In this document: positions 9,401 to 17,467 of the stretch, in pieces | Layout of the letters: each line of letters opens with the position of its first letter | Numbering within the stretch: the stretch's first letter is position 1 | IMG/VR virus record: IMGVR_UViG_3300045988_018117 | Location: 1 to 42,338 of that record | Strand: one strand, 5' to 3' | Length of the DNA stretch: 42,338 nucleotides | Origin: a virus | Program-made: the position numbers and the translations under genes | The notes under the pieces: model-generated | Seen by the model: only the letters and a program-made list of their open reading frames with translations | The model's database searches: none | What the model was told of the DNA's origin: nothing

Positions 9401-11115
9401 CCGGCACCCGCCGTGGTTGTCACGGACGCTACCTCCGCGTTCTCCCGTGCCACTTGCGCCCGTGCGTCCTCCAGCCCAGCATTGTACGCCGCGTACCGCT
9501 GCTCCGGCGTCAGCATCGCCGCGTACTTGCCCTTGGCCTTGTCCGCTTCGATGCCGTTCAGTCCCGCGTTGTACACGCTGGAAAATCCTGCATACAGGGA
9601 AGGTGCGTCCTCTGCCGTCCGGCTCATTTCCTGATACGCCTTTTGCCCGTTTTCCAAAAAGCCGCCTACGCGCTTCTCTGCGCGTTTCTGCACAGCAGGG
9701 GAGGGAGGTGTAACCCTCTGCGTTTCCTGCGTCACCTCGCGGCTTGCAAGCCCCGCGATGTCACGTTTTACCTGACTGATCGGCTTGTCCGTGTCCAGTT
9801 TCACGCCGGTGCGCTGCTCCAGCACCTCCACCGCCACCGGGTCACGGGCGATAGCCGCCGCCTGATTGCCGGTGATGGTCTCGCCCCGCGTCACAGCCTC
9901 CACCGCCTCCGCAGACTTTGCGTTCATCTCCGGCGCGGTGTTCTGCTGCACATCTCGGTTGTACTGCGCTTTTGCTGCGCCATACGCTACACGGTTGGCA
10001 AGGGTATTCACGCCCATTGTGCCGCCGGACAGCAATCCGCCGACGATAGCGCCTCCAGCAAACTCTTCGGCAGCGGTTCCCGGATCAAAAATCGCGTTTT
10101 CGTTTACGCCAAAATACGGATTATCGGCATCATATACCGCATTTTGCAGGGACCGGTCGATGATGCCCTGCAGCACCTCCTCCTTGCCTTCGTCCAGCAT
10201 GGTGTTCACCAGCGTCCGCCACGCCGCCTGGTTTGCCACCTTTCCTGGCAGGTTTTGGATACCGCCGCTGATCTCGATCTCCGACCCCAGCAGCGCGTTC
10301 CCGATGGCGTACAGCGCGGCCCGTTTATCATCTACGCCCTCCGTCTTTGCGTCGTTGTAGCTGTGAGAAAAGATCTGCGCCGCGCTGGAGAGATAGTTGG
10401 GGTCCTTGGCCCGTGCCGCCGCCACATTCTTCAGCGTCTGCACCAGCGCGGGGGAACTCTTGGCCGCCGTCTGCGTTGCCAATGTGCCAGCCTTTGCCGC
10501 CGCGCTGGTGCCGCCGGAGGCGAAGGCGATGGCCAGCGAGGGCAGCGCCTCCACCGCAGACGCCAACAGATTCTCCCCCTTCTCCGCATACTGTCCGCCC
10601 TTGGCGGTGTTTTCCGCGTACTTCTGCTGCAGCCCCTCCTGTTCGAGAGCGATATTCTCGTCCCATGCGTTGAAAAAACCGCGCTCGTTCATCGGTGCGA
10701 TATTTCCAAACAGCGCGTTCCAGCCCTTGGCCACCGTGCGCTCACCAAAGGCCAGCGGCGTGGTCACATCTCGTGCGATAGCCGAAAGACCCATGCCTCC
10801 CGCTTTCAGCAGGCCCTTTCCATAGTTGTACCCCTTGTTGGCCTGCTTGTCCGCACCATAATTCCCCGCGCCAAGGGCGGAAATATTGTAGTCGTTTTGC
10901 TTTTTGGAGCTGAAATATTCCTTGTTGGCCTGCATTGAAGCCTTGTCCGTATGCCATGCAACGCCGTCAGAGGAGCCTTTGCTCGTATCAACACCGACAT
11001 ATGTGGCCTTTGGGCCGCGCTTATCCTGCGCTGCAGTGGGGCCAAGCGTTCCGGTATATGTTACTTTTCGCTTTTTCCCGTTTCGTTCGGTATTCCCAAC
11101 GTAAGTTACCTTCAT
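3466..11115 (-). CDS. Giant (2549-aa) polyvalent, probably virion-packaged/ejected, multidomain protein
   Basis: Uninterrupted ORF with RBS TAGGAGG, and the last large gene of the late operon. It contains an HExxH motif, an H-Y-E ADP-ribosyltransferase-like module, further conserved-looking modules, coiled coils and a C-terminal region of about 900 aa. Confidence 0.9.
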   Translation of the reverse strand: MKVTYVGNTERNGKKRKVTYTGTLGPTAAQDKRGPKATYVGVDTSKGSSDGVAWHTDKASMQANKEYFSSKKQNDYNISALGAGNYGADKQANKGYNYGKGLLKAGGMGLSAIARDVTTPLAFGERTVAKGWNALFGNIAPMNERGFFNAWDENIALEQEGLQQKYAENTAKGGQYAEKGENLLASAVEALPSLAIAFASGGTSAAAKAGTLATQTAAKSSPALVQTLKNVAAARAKDPNYLSSAAQIFSHSYNDAKTEGVDDKRAALYAIGNALLGSEIEISGGIQNLPGKVANQAAWRTLVNTMLDEGKEEVLQGIIDRSLQNAVYDADNPYFGVNENAIFDPGTAAEEFAGGAIVGGLLSGGTMGVNTLANRVAYGAAKAQYNRDVQQNTAPEMNAKSAEAVEAVTRGETITGNQAAAIARDPVAVEVLEQRTGVKLDTDKPISQVKRDIAGLASREVTQETQRVTPPSPAVQKRAEKRVGGFLENGQKAYQEMSRTAEDAPSLYAGFSSVYNAGLNGIEADKAKGKYAAMLTPEQRYAAYNAGLEDARAQVARENAEVASVTTTAGAGLADNEYSRYLITAKKDTAATLNTWGKKLGVRIEIVDQVLGGRANGQYIKEQNLIQIAADSYNPLLNVTAHEITHRMQDLSPAEYRKFRQSAVEYKMRENGADTEAEIVERYMETAEQEGVTLTRDEVMDELAADFAGDMLDDADLFAKFSKENRTAAQKLLDSLKEFLAKVKTAFTGKYRDMAAQEAYGKDFAELENIAKQWQVAFDAAERQAEKAKTAAGEGDGAKYQIKQFPNGMKYVQADRQVLFGNDPKAWSEQLESYINGKIRNHEDVRLIAEDGDVLLLTSKSAGKLSSIYDNNGRTLDEKAFERKANAAAHIDELIKVSERGGKTVLDFGGRHGDMAKDGWNYRTAYFMDFDGKYYRTRISVALGKDGSIVYNIGEMQERSTPQINGSSGNSGAQRGNASGTSILTDGENVKPQFSLKSTDSTGRKLSEQQQEFFKDSKVRDAEGRLLTVYHGTDAEFTVFDPDKIEQNYPLRGGDLGFYFTPYKEDAQGYAGNASGKLGGGYVMEAYLNLRNPLIVEDSGWGSAAGQADVRHSDLKRWAKDGGHDGIIVRSTDEIMDDNGTPDTVYIAFSPEQIKRVDNPNPTSDPDIRFSLKAYSEAEKKDHVKSAKEFFGKTYSWNETGYITTDGTKLDFSGRHDGGPGGYRTVDHRNIRGALGLDYGGDDYSGAMVQFMGEGNIRISPESGGINLSVMPTKAQFDSLADFISKNRGEVILDLDDANGNTVSSTEYPKGTHSSKVINDIKAYFENGTTPYVSELEKFRYQLKNTAEVEREARELKKERNALAKQNEALKQRVQELKGEMRISKEPSVVLRDVKKLGQNLIREYGSDVKYADVQSEMDALAKAVMKRDVTMEDLMPHAKAVAEAIVDNTTELTEYGAELLEIRDYLKRQTIQFGGDMANYGDFRKSHMGTLKLNKSNGTSVDTVYGELAEMFGEGYFPSDVYTEADMLLQIGDVLDSMDTIYENPFDSYRDAAIQEIANDIIDGMISDQVRQKKTYADRRALEKQEAVGRVREMLSRERQKRRDDVNALRKKYNEKTKKGSEKRKATAMRARIARHTGAISRKLVNPTDKQHIPEKLRVAVASLLQNINLESAYSYDENGRLRKNADGDPTRRTLEADRLKQIYDDILDNEGNMVVDPALTESGGLLDSLSALGGKRIADMSVSELETVWNAIRAIETTLTTYDKTLSSAKYKSTSEWAERFAADSMGRKRRNRKISLDMADPYTFFSAYGDAGKQLYRTLRNAQDQQHWMLRDVQREAEKFLDKNVYKKRFDRHTFTTGRGVELTLTTDQIMNLYNLARRGEQAMHHLTVGGIVQPEIKRDGKLKEIPRGNDNILLTEDDIKAITSVLTPEQVKVANGLQKLASTKLAEWGNNASMQVYGYRKFKEEHYWPIKAAKDAVASSVEKDADNARSIKNMGSAKALTPNASNALDIGGAYDVFAQNASDMIKYATLLAPMEDINRLYNYRYRDSSGNLTGRNMQQVLSGVYGDAAQKYWRNLMRDMQNGMVKNSSDTTRSIERIVGNTKGAAVGSNWRVVIQQPTAFFRAAVILDPENMAKGIAKGVTDGNGWDKARNWAAIAGIKDSSGFDQGSRYTIAREVYGSSDSVMDKLSDWSSRAAANADAITWGRIWNACEWQVAADTKTEVGSDAYYRQVAELFTDVIDQTQVVDGIMQRTQIMRDSDALTRQATSFMGEPLKSLNILMRSYDAWRFETNMQKRSAALKQLKRSVGALLVTDLINSLAQSLVDALRDDDKEKKYGARFFAALTGVSGDEERFGELAKNVLLEGNLKGNITLVGRLPYAKDLISILQGYSVERMDADAIGDIVRATQTMYSSVTGEGKYTTAYACKQLLTAVSKIFGVSVANLGRDVWSLARTIASETGNVRLMFEMEKAIYRMDRSAGNRKRWCELLYLAQKENDTKTARMIYKEMLEHGYDEKDVRQGVEAIMKTEQKVKSVDDLKNRWRAP
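7576..8118 (-). other. ADP-ribosyltransferase-like module of the giant protein (about aa 1000-1180)
   Basis: LLTVYHGT (H1031), GFYFT (Y1059) and VMEAYLNLRNP (E1085) match the H-Y-E ART pattern seen in phage polyvalent proteins. Confidence 0.5.
9178..9192 (-). other. HEITH (HExxH) zincin-type metallopeptidase motif within the giant protein (aa 642-646)
   Basis: Translated directly: VTAHEITHRMQDLS. Confidence 0.5.
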
Positions 11116-11123
11116 ACGGCCTC

Positions 11124-12164
11124 CTAATCAGAAACGTTAAAGCCCATTTTCTTAATATCCTGTTTTTGTTTCGGGCTAAGATCATCCCACACAGATTCTA
11201 CCAACTGCGCCGCCCCCTCAGCATCCCCGGCATACAGCCGCCCACTTATTGTCCTCTGTATGTCGCTGAAAGAAGCAACGCCGCTGCCTGTCGCCTTTAC
11301 CTTGTTGCCGGAATTTTCGATGCGCGGCCCGGTCCCTGCGGTAAAATCAAATTGATAATCCGCAGACTTGTTCTTCGCTGCCTTCTGCGCGTTATAATCA
11401 GCCAAGCTGTCCCTGTACCGGTCATATTCGTCGTTGGCCAGATTGCGGTACAGGTTGGCGTTGTCCAGCAAATCGCTTCGATCCTGCGAGTACATCTGCC
11501 GCGCTACCTCCTCCAGCTGTGCCATGTACTGGTTGTACTGCTGCTGCGCCGCCGTGGCGGCATAGCTGGAGGCAAGGCCGCCGGTGCGGCTGGCCACCTG
11601 CCCAAGAACGTCCTGCATGCTCATCCGCCCGTTATTCCCGTACCGGTCAGCCAACGCCTGATACTGACTGCCCTTTGTCCAGTCATCGTAGTTCATGCTG
11701 ATCAGCTGTTTGGCCAACTCATTCAGCGTGTCCATGTACTCGCTGTTGTAGGTGGGCAGCTCGTCAATGCTGGTGGGGAGGGTTACCTGCTGATTCGATC
11801 CGTAAGATCCGCCGCTGGATGCCCCGCCTCTGCCGGTATCCGTCGGCAAGAAGGAAATGCCTGCGCCGCCACGGATCGCCCCGGCAAGAACAGCATCCGG
11901 GGAAAGCCCGCTCGGTGTTCGCGGAATAGCGCCGGTAATCGCCCCAGTTACCGCTGCGGTCGGTCCCGTGGTTGAATAGTTCCGAGGTGCCGCACCGGAA
12001 ACAGCCCCTGCAATGCTTGGCGTGGGCGTTATGGTGCTCCGGGAGCCGTTGATGTTGCCAATGTTGTAGGGGCCGACCCCCCAAGATTTCTCAATGGCAT
12101 TTGCCAAAGACGGCAGTGTGGTTTTTTTCTTCCCAATATCGTCGTATTTTTTTCTGATATCCAT
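11124..12164 (-). CDS. Hypothetical virion-module protein (346 aa)
   Basis: ORF in the late operon. TAATG overlap with the upstream gene. Gly/Ala/Thr-rich N-terminal half. Confidence 0.75.
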   Translation of the reverse strand: MDIRKKYDDIGKKKTTLPSLANAIEKSWGVGPYNIGNINGSRSTITPTPSIAGAVSGAAPRNYSTTGPTAAVTGAITGAIPRTPSGLSPDAVLAGAIRGGAGISFLPTDTGRGGASSGGSYGSNQQVTLPTSIDELPTYNSEYMDTLNELAKQLISMNYDDWTKGSQYQALADRYGNNGRMSMQDVLGQVASRTGGLASSYAATAAQQQYNQYMAQLEEVARQMYSQDRSDLLDNANLYRNLANDEYDRYRDSLADYNAQKAAKNKSADYQFDFTAGTGPRIENSGNKVKATGSGVASFSDIQRTISGRLYAGDAEGAAQLVESVWDDLSPKQKQDIKKMGFNVSD

Positions 12165-12520
12165 TATGTGCCCTCCGTGTTGTTGTTTTCCAGTGCCGTC
12201 ACGCGCTGTTCCAGTGCCGTCACGCGGCCAGCCAGCGCAGTTTGGTCATTGCTCAGTGTCGTAACGCTTTGCAGCAGCGCCGATATACTGGCGCTATGAC
12301 TGTTGACCGTGCTCTGCAATGCCGACACCGTGCCCTGCAGCGCCAGCAGCAGCGTATACGTTTCTGCGCTGGACACGCCTGCGGCGCTGACGTTCTTTGT
12401 CATGTTGCCCACGGCCCATTCTGTCCGTTGGCACATGTACTTAATGTAAGCAGACAGTTTACCGATTGCCTTTTCCGTGTCTTTGGGCATCGCATTCAGG
12501 CTTTCGGGGAATACGATCAT
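12164..12520 (-). CDS. Coiled-coil protein (fibre/needle-like), 118 aa
   Basis: Heptad-rich C-terminus with RVTALEQRVTALE (DNA direct repeat CCAGTGCCGTCACGCG x2). Overlaps both neighbours. Confidence 0.7.
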   Translation of the reverse strand: MIVFPESLNAMPKDTEKAIGKLSAYIKYMCQRTEWAVGNMTKNVSAAGVSSAETYTLLLALQGTVSALQSTVNSHSASISALLQSVTTLSNDQTALAGRVTALEQRVTALENNNTEGT

Positions 12521-14055
12521 TTCACATCACTCCCCACTATAAATTCTCTCGTAATGCCAAGGATCGTACACGGCCCGCTGCCCTCCATCCGCAATTCAAA
12601 TTTGTCGCACCGGTTGGCCGACAGGCGCATCGTGCTTACGTTAAAATCCCGTCCGACTACGCGCCCGCACTCCTGCCACGGCTTTCCGTCGCAGCGGACT
12701 TTGGCGATCATATAGCTACCCTGCGGAAGTTCCATGCGGATCATGATCTTGGAATACGCTTTTTTCCCGTTCAACATTTCGTACATGGGTGCAAATTGCA
12801 GCATCCATGGCTGTGTCTGCGGCGTATCCGCGCTGTCCAGCAGCCGCACATTGCCGTCGCCGTCCAGCATGTACAGGGTCTTGCCGATGCGGGCAAAGTC
12901 CACAGCTTCGGTATCGTCCTCCAATACCCATATGCCGGTCTTGGTTTCATACACCATCAGTCTGTATGCCGCGCCGTCCTTTACGCTCAGATAGTAGCTG
13001 TCGCCGTCGTTGCCGCCCACCGCATCGGTAAATTCTTTTTCTCCGAAGTTCTCACTGATCAGCGTTGGCGTACCGCCGGAATAGGCGTACACCCCATGCG
13101 GCCCCTTATAAAACAGCGTGTCGTTGATGACCTGCTGGCTTTTATGGCAGCCGCTTTGCAGACCCTCCATTTCGTAGGTGTACATGGCGTATTCCGCCGG
13201 ATAGCCTCCCAGCATTTTGTGCAGCTTGGTTTCCTTCCAGAACAGAACGGAAGAACTCAGCTTGCAGCAGCCTGTGAACTGGCCGTCTGTACCAACCGCC
13301 AGCGCGTAGGAATCCGTGGACACACCCTCGTACACAAAGAAGTTGGTAGGGTCGCCCAAAGCGCTGGCATAAATGGTCTGCGTCGTGTTGTCGCAGCCCC
13401 ACAGGCGGTTTTCGCTCTCACAGATAAAGTCGAGGTCAGGAATTTTCCGTTCCAGCTTGATGGCGGTACTGGCTTCCGTGGCCTCCGTGAAGGTGTTGTC
13501 CGCAACGGTGATCTCAGTGGCCGTCACGGATTTAATGACAATATCCTTGTTGTTCTCCGTCTTGGTCGTGCAGCCGGAGATCGTAATACCGTCTCCCGCC
13601 TTGAACTTTGTGGTCAGGTTTGTCCACCCGGCCACCGTCATTTTGTTCTTGGTGAACGTGGCCTTGCTTCCCGTCAAAGATGCTGCCAACGGCTTCACGC
13701 TGCGGCTGGTGATGTCTAAATACACCTTGTCCGGCCAAATCACCATTTTTGTATTGACCACGGCAAACTGCTTTTTCCCGGCAGTCACCGTGCCCACGAC
13801 CCGTCCGTCGTACAGCAGGGACGTGCCCTGCACCGCTACCAGTTTATCCCACGCCGTCAGAGCGGTCACATTCTGGTACGCCGTCTGCTTTACACGGCCC
13901 TTTCGGGTCGTGATGTAGGGCCAGCGTCTGGCGGACAGATTCAGGCTGTCCCGCAAATCGCCGTCCCTAAGATTATCTGACCAGTTGATGCCCCGCATCT
14001 GCACGATCTCCATTTTGTTGGGGCTCATGTTGTAGGGAAGTTCGGGAATACGCAT
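12517..14055 (-). CDS. Large virion/tail-associated protein (512 aa), function unknown
   Basis: Start moved to MRIPELPYNM, where TGATG overlaps the upstream stop. Repetitive beta-rich sequence in the structural operon. Confidence 0.75.
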   Translation of the reverse strand: MRIPELPYNMSPNKMEIVQMRGINWSDNLRDGDLRDSLNLSARRWPYITTRKGRVKQTAYQNVTALTAWDKLVAVQGTSLLYDGRVVGTVTAGKKQFAVVNTKMVIWPDKVYLDITSRSVKPLAASLTGSKATFTKNKMTVAGWTNLTTKFKAGDGITISGCTTKTENNKDIVIKSVTATEITVADNTFTEATEASTAIKLERKIPDLDFICESENRLWGCDNTTQTIYASALGDPTNFFVYEGVSTDSYALAVGTDGQFTGCCKLSSSVLFWKETKLHKMLGGYPAEYAMYTYEMEGLQSGCHKSQQVINDTLFYKGPHGVYAYSGGTPTLISENFGEKEFTDAVGGNDGDSYYLSVKDGAAYRLMVYETKTGIWVLEDDTEAVDFARIGKTLYMLDGDGNVRLLDSADTPQTQPWMLQFAPMYEMLNGKKAYSKIMIRMELPQGSYMIAKVRCDGKPWQECGRVVGRDFNVSTMRLSANRCDKFELRMEGSGPCTILGITREFIVGSDVK

Positions 14056-14402
14056 CACATCACCTGCACATTTCCGCTGTATGCGGGGCAGTGCTGCCGA
14101 CGCCACCATGCGATGGCTTCATTCAGCGCCTCGTCATAAACCACCTTGTCGTTGCCATACATGGCCGTCTCGTTGTTGTAGTAGTCCACCTGACAACAGA
14201 GATACAGCACATACAGCCGGTCGTAAGGAGACGGGAGCAAAAGCTCCCGCTCCTCCGCCGGCCAATCGTACACGCGCGGTTTTGCATCAAGCCGTTCCGC
14301 GAGTTGCCCGTCCAGCTCCATCACCCACGCAGCCTTTTGTTCGTCGCTGATGGTGTTAGGCCGTAGCTCGTCCACCCGTGAAATTGCCAACGTAATGGTC
14401 AT
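14055..14402 (-). CDS. Hypothetical structural-module protein (115 aa)
   Basis: ORF with RBS TAGGAGG. Confidence 0.7.
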   Translation of the reverse strand: MTITLAISRVDELRPNTISDEQKAAWVMELDGQLAERLDAKPRVYDWPAEERELLLPSPYDRLYVLYLCCQVDYYNNETAMYGNDKVVYDEALNEAIAWWRRQHCPAYSGNVQVM

Positions 14403-14411
14403 TTATACCTC

Positions 14412-15239
14412 CTATACCCCCAGCAGCTTGCCCCAGGTGCCCTTACCGGCGATGCCGTCCGCACCCAGCTTATAGGCGGTCTGGAACTTCTTCAGCGCCG
14501 CCTCGGTGCCCGCGCCGAAGTCGCCGTCCGCACCGACAGCGCCGCAGCTGTAGCCATAGGCGATCAATGCCGCCTGCAGCGTCTTGACATCCGCGCCGGT
14601 CATACCCCGGCGCAGCACCCGCACCTGCATAGCCACCGTCTCCACCTGCACGGGCACCGGCTCCGGGGTGTTCTCCCCCGGCACAAACTCGACACCCAGC
14701 GCCGCGCACAGGCCCTTGGCGATGGTCTCGCCGATAACCGTGGCGTTGGCGATGATCCACTGTGCAACACTGGGGACATCGTGGAAATCCACCTCGATAT
14801 ACACCGTGGGCGCGGCGGGATACTTCACCTCGTACAACGCAGGGTACGCCCGGATGACGTCCGGCGCACCCGGCGTCAGTGGCCCCAGCACATCCAGCAC
14901 CGCCTTGCAGGCCTTGTACCCGGCGCTGTTTTTGTCGATGATGTAGTTGCCCTTGGCGTCCTTGGTGTTGCTGTAGCAAAACAGGTGTGTGCCGGTGGCC
15001 TTGCCGTTGGCGGCGTTGGTGTGGATGGGCACATGCAGGTCGGCCTTAAAGCGGTTGGACGCCGCCACACGGTTGGCCATGGTGTCGTACTGTCCCACCA
15101 TCACCTCCACGCCGGAGCGCTCCAGCGCCGCCTTACACGCCGCCGCAATGCGCCCGCACTGGATGGCCTCGGTGGTGTCACCCACCGCGTATGTGTTGCG
15201 CCTCTGGTCGCTGGGGGACAGATACACCCGCTTAACCAT
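14412..15239 (-). CDS. Endolysin: N-acetylmuramoyl-L-alanine amidase (Amidase_3-like) with C-terminal PG_binding_1-type domain
   Basis: Start at MVKRVYLSPSDQ (RBS AAGGAGG). Contains HVPIHTNA-type amidase motifs. C-terminal GADVKTLQAAL...DGDFGAGTEAALKKFQ is a peptidoglycan-binding repeat. The gene is adjacent to a holin. Confidence 0.85.
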   Translation of the reverse strand: MVKRVYLSPSDQRRNTYAVGDTTEAIQCGRIAAACKAALERSGVEVMVGQYDTMANRVAASNRFKADLHVPIHTNAANGKATGTHLFCYSNTKDAKGNYIIDKNSAGYKACKAVLDVLGPLTPGAPDVIRAYPALYEVKYPAAPTVYIEVDFHDVPSVAQWIIANATVIGETIAKGLCAALGVEFVPGENTPEPVPVQVETVAMQVRVLRRGMTGADVKTLQAALIAYGYSCGAVGADGDFGAGTEAALKKFQTAYKLGADGIAGKGTWGKLLGV

Positions 15240-15447
15240 CGTTCTTCGCCTCCTTGTTGTAGGTGGCCGTGCTGATGCACAGCACCGCGCCAAGGAACGT
15301 GTCCACGGCGGTGATGGTGGTCACCACCTCGTCGGCATACGGCCACGCCCACACTGCCGCCAGCGCCGCGTACAGGGTAGCCACGGCGGGCAGCACGATG
15401 ATGACCAGCCATTTCAGCACATCATAGACCTTGTTGTTCAGCTTCAT
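15232..15447 (-). CDS. Holin (71 aa, two TM helices)
   Basis: MKLNNKVYDVLKWLVIIVLPAVATLYAALAAVW... is a typical small Firmicutes phage holin. It overlaps the endolysin start. Confidence 0.75.
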   Translation of the reverse strand: MKLNNKVYDVLKWLVIIVLPAVATLYAALAAVWAWPYADEVVTTITAVDTFLGAVLCISTATYNKEAKNDG

Positions 15448-15477
15448 AATTGCATTCCTTTCCGGCCTGTCGGCCTG

Positions 15478-15780
15478 TCAAATTTTGCGGATCGGCAGCT
15501 TCCGCACTTCCTCCATGACGCGCTTTGCGCTGCCGTTGCCGCCCATTTTTTCATAGGGGGTGTACAGATAATCGTTGAGATTCTCGTACTCGTCCTGCGT
15601 GATGTACCCGCGGTCGACGTACACCATACCCAGATGTATGATGCGGTCGTGAGCCAGCCCCACCAGCATCTTTCGCTCGGCGTCGCCTTTGTCGACGCGC
15701 TTGGCCACCACGGCCCATAGGCCGCTGCTGGTCAGCACCGCCACCACGAGCGGCACTGCCACCTGTGTCCAGACATCCAT
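15478..15780 (-). CDS. N-terminally membrane-anchored protein of the lysis cassette
   Basis: Start moved to MDVWTQ (RBS AAGGGGGTGA). One TM helix followed by a soluble domain. Confidence 0.6.
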   Translation of the reverse strand: MDVWTQVAVPLVVAVLTSSGLWAVVAKRVDKGDAERKMLVGLAHDRIIHLGMVYVDRGYITQDEYENLNDYLYTPYEKMGGNGSAKRVMEEVRKLPIRKI

Positions 15781-15797
15781 CCTCGTCACCCCCTTAA

Positions 15798-16652
15798 TTA
15801 AAATTCCGCGCTGTTGACGTAGTAGGTGACGCCGCCCACCGTGATCGTGCTCTGGGTAGGATCGACGCGCATGACAGGGCGGCAGTCCGCCGCTTTAGCC
15901 GGGCGCGCCGCCTCCGTGACGTACAGCTGCAGGTATCGCTGGCACTGCCATAGCGTCCGAGCATAGTCCCCAGCGTCGTTGATCACCCAGTTCCCCGCCG
16001 CATTTTTCCGCGCCAACGTCTGGGCGTCGCCCAACTCCAGCTTGGCCGCGACAAGGTGCAGCTGCCCGCCCGCGCTGGTCTTAAGCCGAGCATTCAGCAT
16101 CCCATTGATCGCCAGCAGGTAAAATACATTATCCTCATTGCAGTAAGATGCAGCGCTGGCGGGCAGCGTCTCCGGCAGCGTGGACGTTCTGGCAAACAAC
16201 GTTCCCTGCGTATTGATGGCGGAAAAGGTCACCGACTGCCCGAGCAGCGTGTCCGGATTCTCGATGCGCTGCTGCGCATACGGCACCGTGGTCGCGTCGG
16301 TGCCAGTGAGATACAGACCCAGGGTCGTCAGCTGCATCCGCACGGCATCGTTGGTGCCCTTCCAGCAGTCCGGGCCGTAGACCGCGCCGTTGTAGATCGT
16401 CTGTCCACGTTGATTGACCCGGACGGAGGGCCGCCAATCCGAGTTGATCAGTAGGTTCTCACCGACCGCCGGGGCCAGCGTGGAGATGACGTTGTTCGTG
16501 ATACCAATGTTGTAACCCGGCGTCAGCGCGTGCTGCATGGTTCCTATGCTGGCCAGCAGCGCGCACCACTGGTCATAGGTGCCGGTGTAGCCCCCACGCT
16601 TGGCCTCGCCATAGGACGAGACGAGGCCAAGATTAAGAGTAGGTGTGCTCAT
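15798..16652 (-). CDS. Putative tail fibre / receptor-binding protein
   Basis: Start at MSTPTLNLG (RBS GAAGGAGAGGAG). Beta-rich, with VAAKLELGDAQT motif as in fibre-tip domains. Located among fibre genes. Confidence 0.6.
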   Translation of the reverse strand: MSTPTLNLGLVSSYGEAKRGGYTGTYDQWCALLASIGTMQHALTPGYNIGITNNVISTLAPAVGENLLINSDWRPSVRVNQRGQTIYNGAVYGPDCWKGTNDAVRMQLTTLGLYLTGTDATTVPYAQQRIENPDTLLGQSVTFSAINTQGTLFARTSTLPETLPASAASYCNEDNVFYLLAINGMLNARLKTSAGGQLHLVAAKLELGDAQTLARKNAAGNWVINDAGDYARTLWQCQRYLQLYVTEAARPAKAADCRPVMRVDPTQSTITVGGVTYYVNSAEF

Positions 16653-16669
16653 ATTATCTCTCCTCTCCT

Positions 16670-17464
16670 TCAAATTCCCACCTTGACCGTCCCCGTCACG
16701 TCAGGCGGGTAGTCTCCGGTGACGGCCAGCTCCGTGTGGACGGGGCAGCTTGGCAGCGTCCCCAGCGTCACCGTCTCCGTGGCGGGCGCAGCCAGCGTAT
16801 ACCAGACGGTCATAGGCGTCCCGGCGGAAGCCTGCGCCGCCAGAAACGCCTTCCATGCGTCCGTGCCGTCCGGCGGGTCGCCCCATCGGACTCGGACAGT
16901 CCGCCAGACGATCCCACAGCCCTGCCTGGTCTGGTTGTTTGAGATAAGCGCTTGTGGATAATGCGTGCAGGAGCTATCCGATACAGCGCTATCCACGGCA
17001 CCCGGCATAGCGGGAGATTGATAATACCAGTCCGCCTTGTCCTCCCTCAAACCGCCTATTGTCCAGTTTTCCGTGCCGGCAAACTGCACGACCCCCACTC
17101 GCCGGGTCAATTTCCACTGCCCGCCGCCGACGTATTCCAGCGTGTCGCGGATGTCGCTGCCGGGTATGGCTCGCAGGGTTGGCAGCGTCACGGTGGTGGG
17201 TGTGGTGCCCGTCCGTCCGCTGGCCGTCAGGCTGCCCTCGGACGCCACCAGCGGCACCGGTGTGGAGGGGGTGGGCGTGCCGTCCTGCTTCCCCTTGCCG
17301 GTGGCCACAACACCCATCACGTCGTCATAGGTGCCATCCCAGCTGGCAGGCGCGGCCTTGGTCACATCCTCGTAGCCCGCTACCAGCTGCGCGCCCCGGT
17401 AAAGCTTCCCGGGCTTATACGCGCCCCGGTAAACCGCGGCGGGCTTTGCTCCTCGATGTAGCAT
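16670..17464 (-). CDS. Putative tail/fibre-associated protein (264 aa)
   Basis: ORF with RBS GGAGGGGAG, in the structural operon. No recognisable domain. Confidence 0.65.
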   Translation of the reverse strand: MLHRGAKPAAVYRGAYKPGKLYRGAQLVAGYEDVTKAAPASWDGTYDDVMGVVATGKGKQDGTPTPSTPVPLVASEGSLTASGRTGTTPTTVTLPTLRAIPGSDIRDTLEYVGGGQWKLTRRVGVVQFAGTENWTIGGLREDKADWYYQSPAMPGAVDSAVSDSSCTHYPQALISNNQTRQGCGIVWRTVRVRWGDPPDGTDAWKAFLAAQASAGTPMTVWYTLAAPATETVTLGTLPSCPVHTELAVTGDYPPDVTGTVKVGI

Positions 17465-17467
17465 CTC

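Noticed and set aside
14470-14979. Alternative-frame ORFs inside the endolysin gene (169 aa -, 120 aa +, 164 aa +)
   Set aside because: They are nested in a gene with clear amidase and peptidoglycan-binding motifs. Their composition is Gly/Arg/Ala-rich shadow translation.
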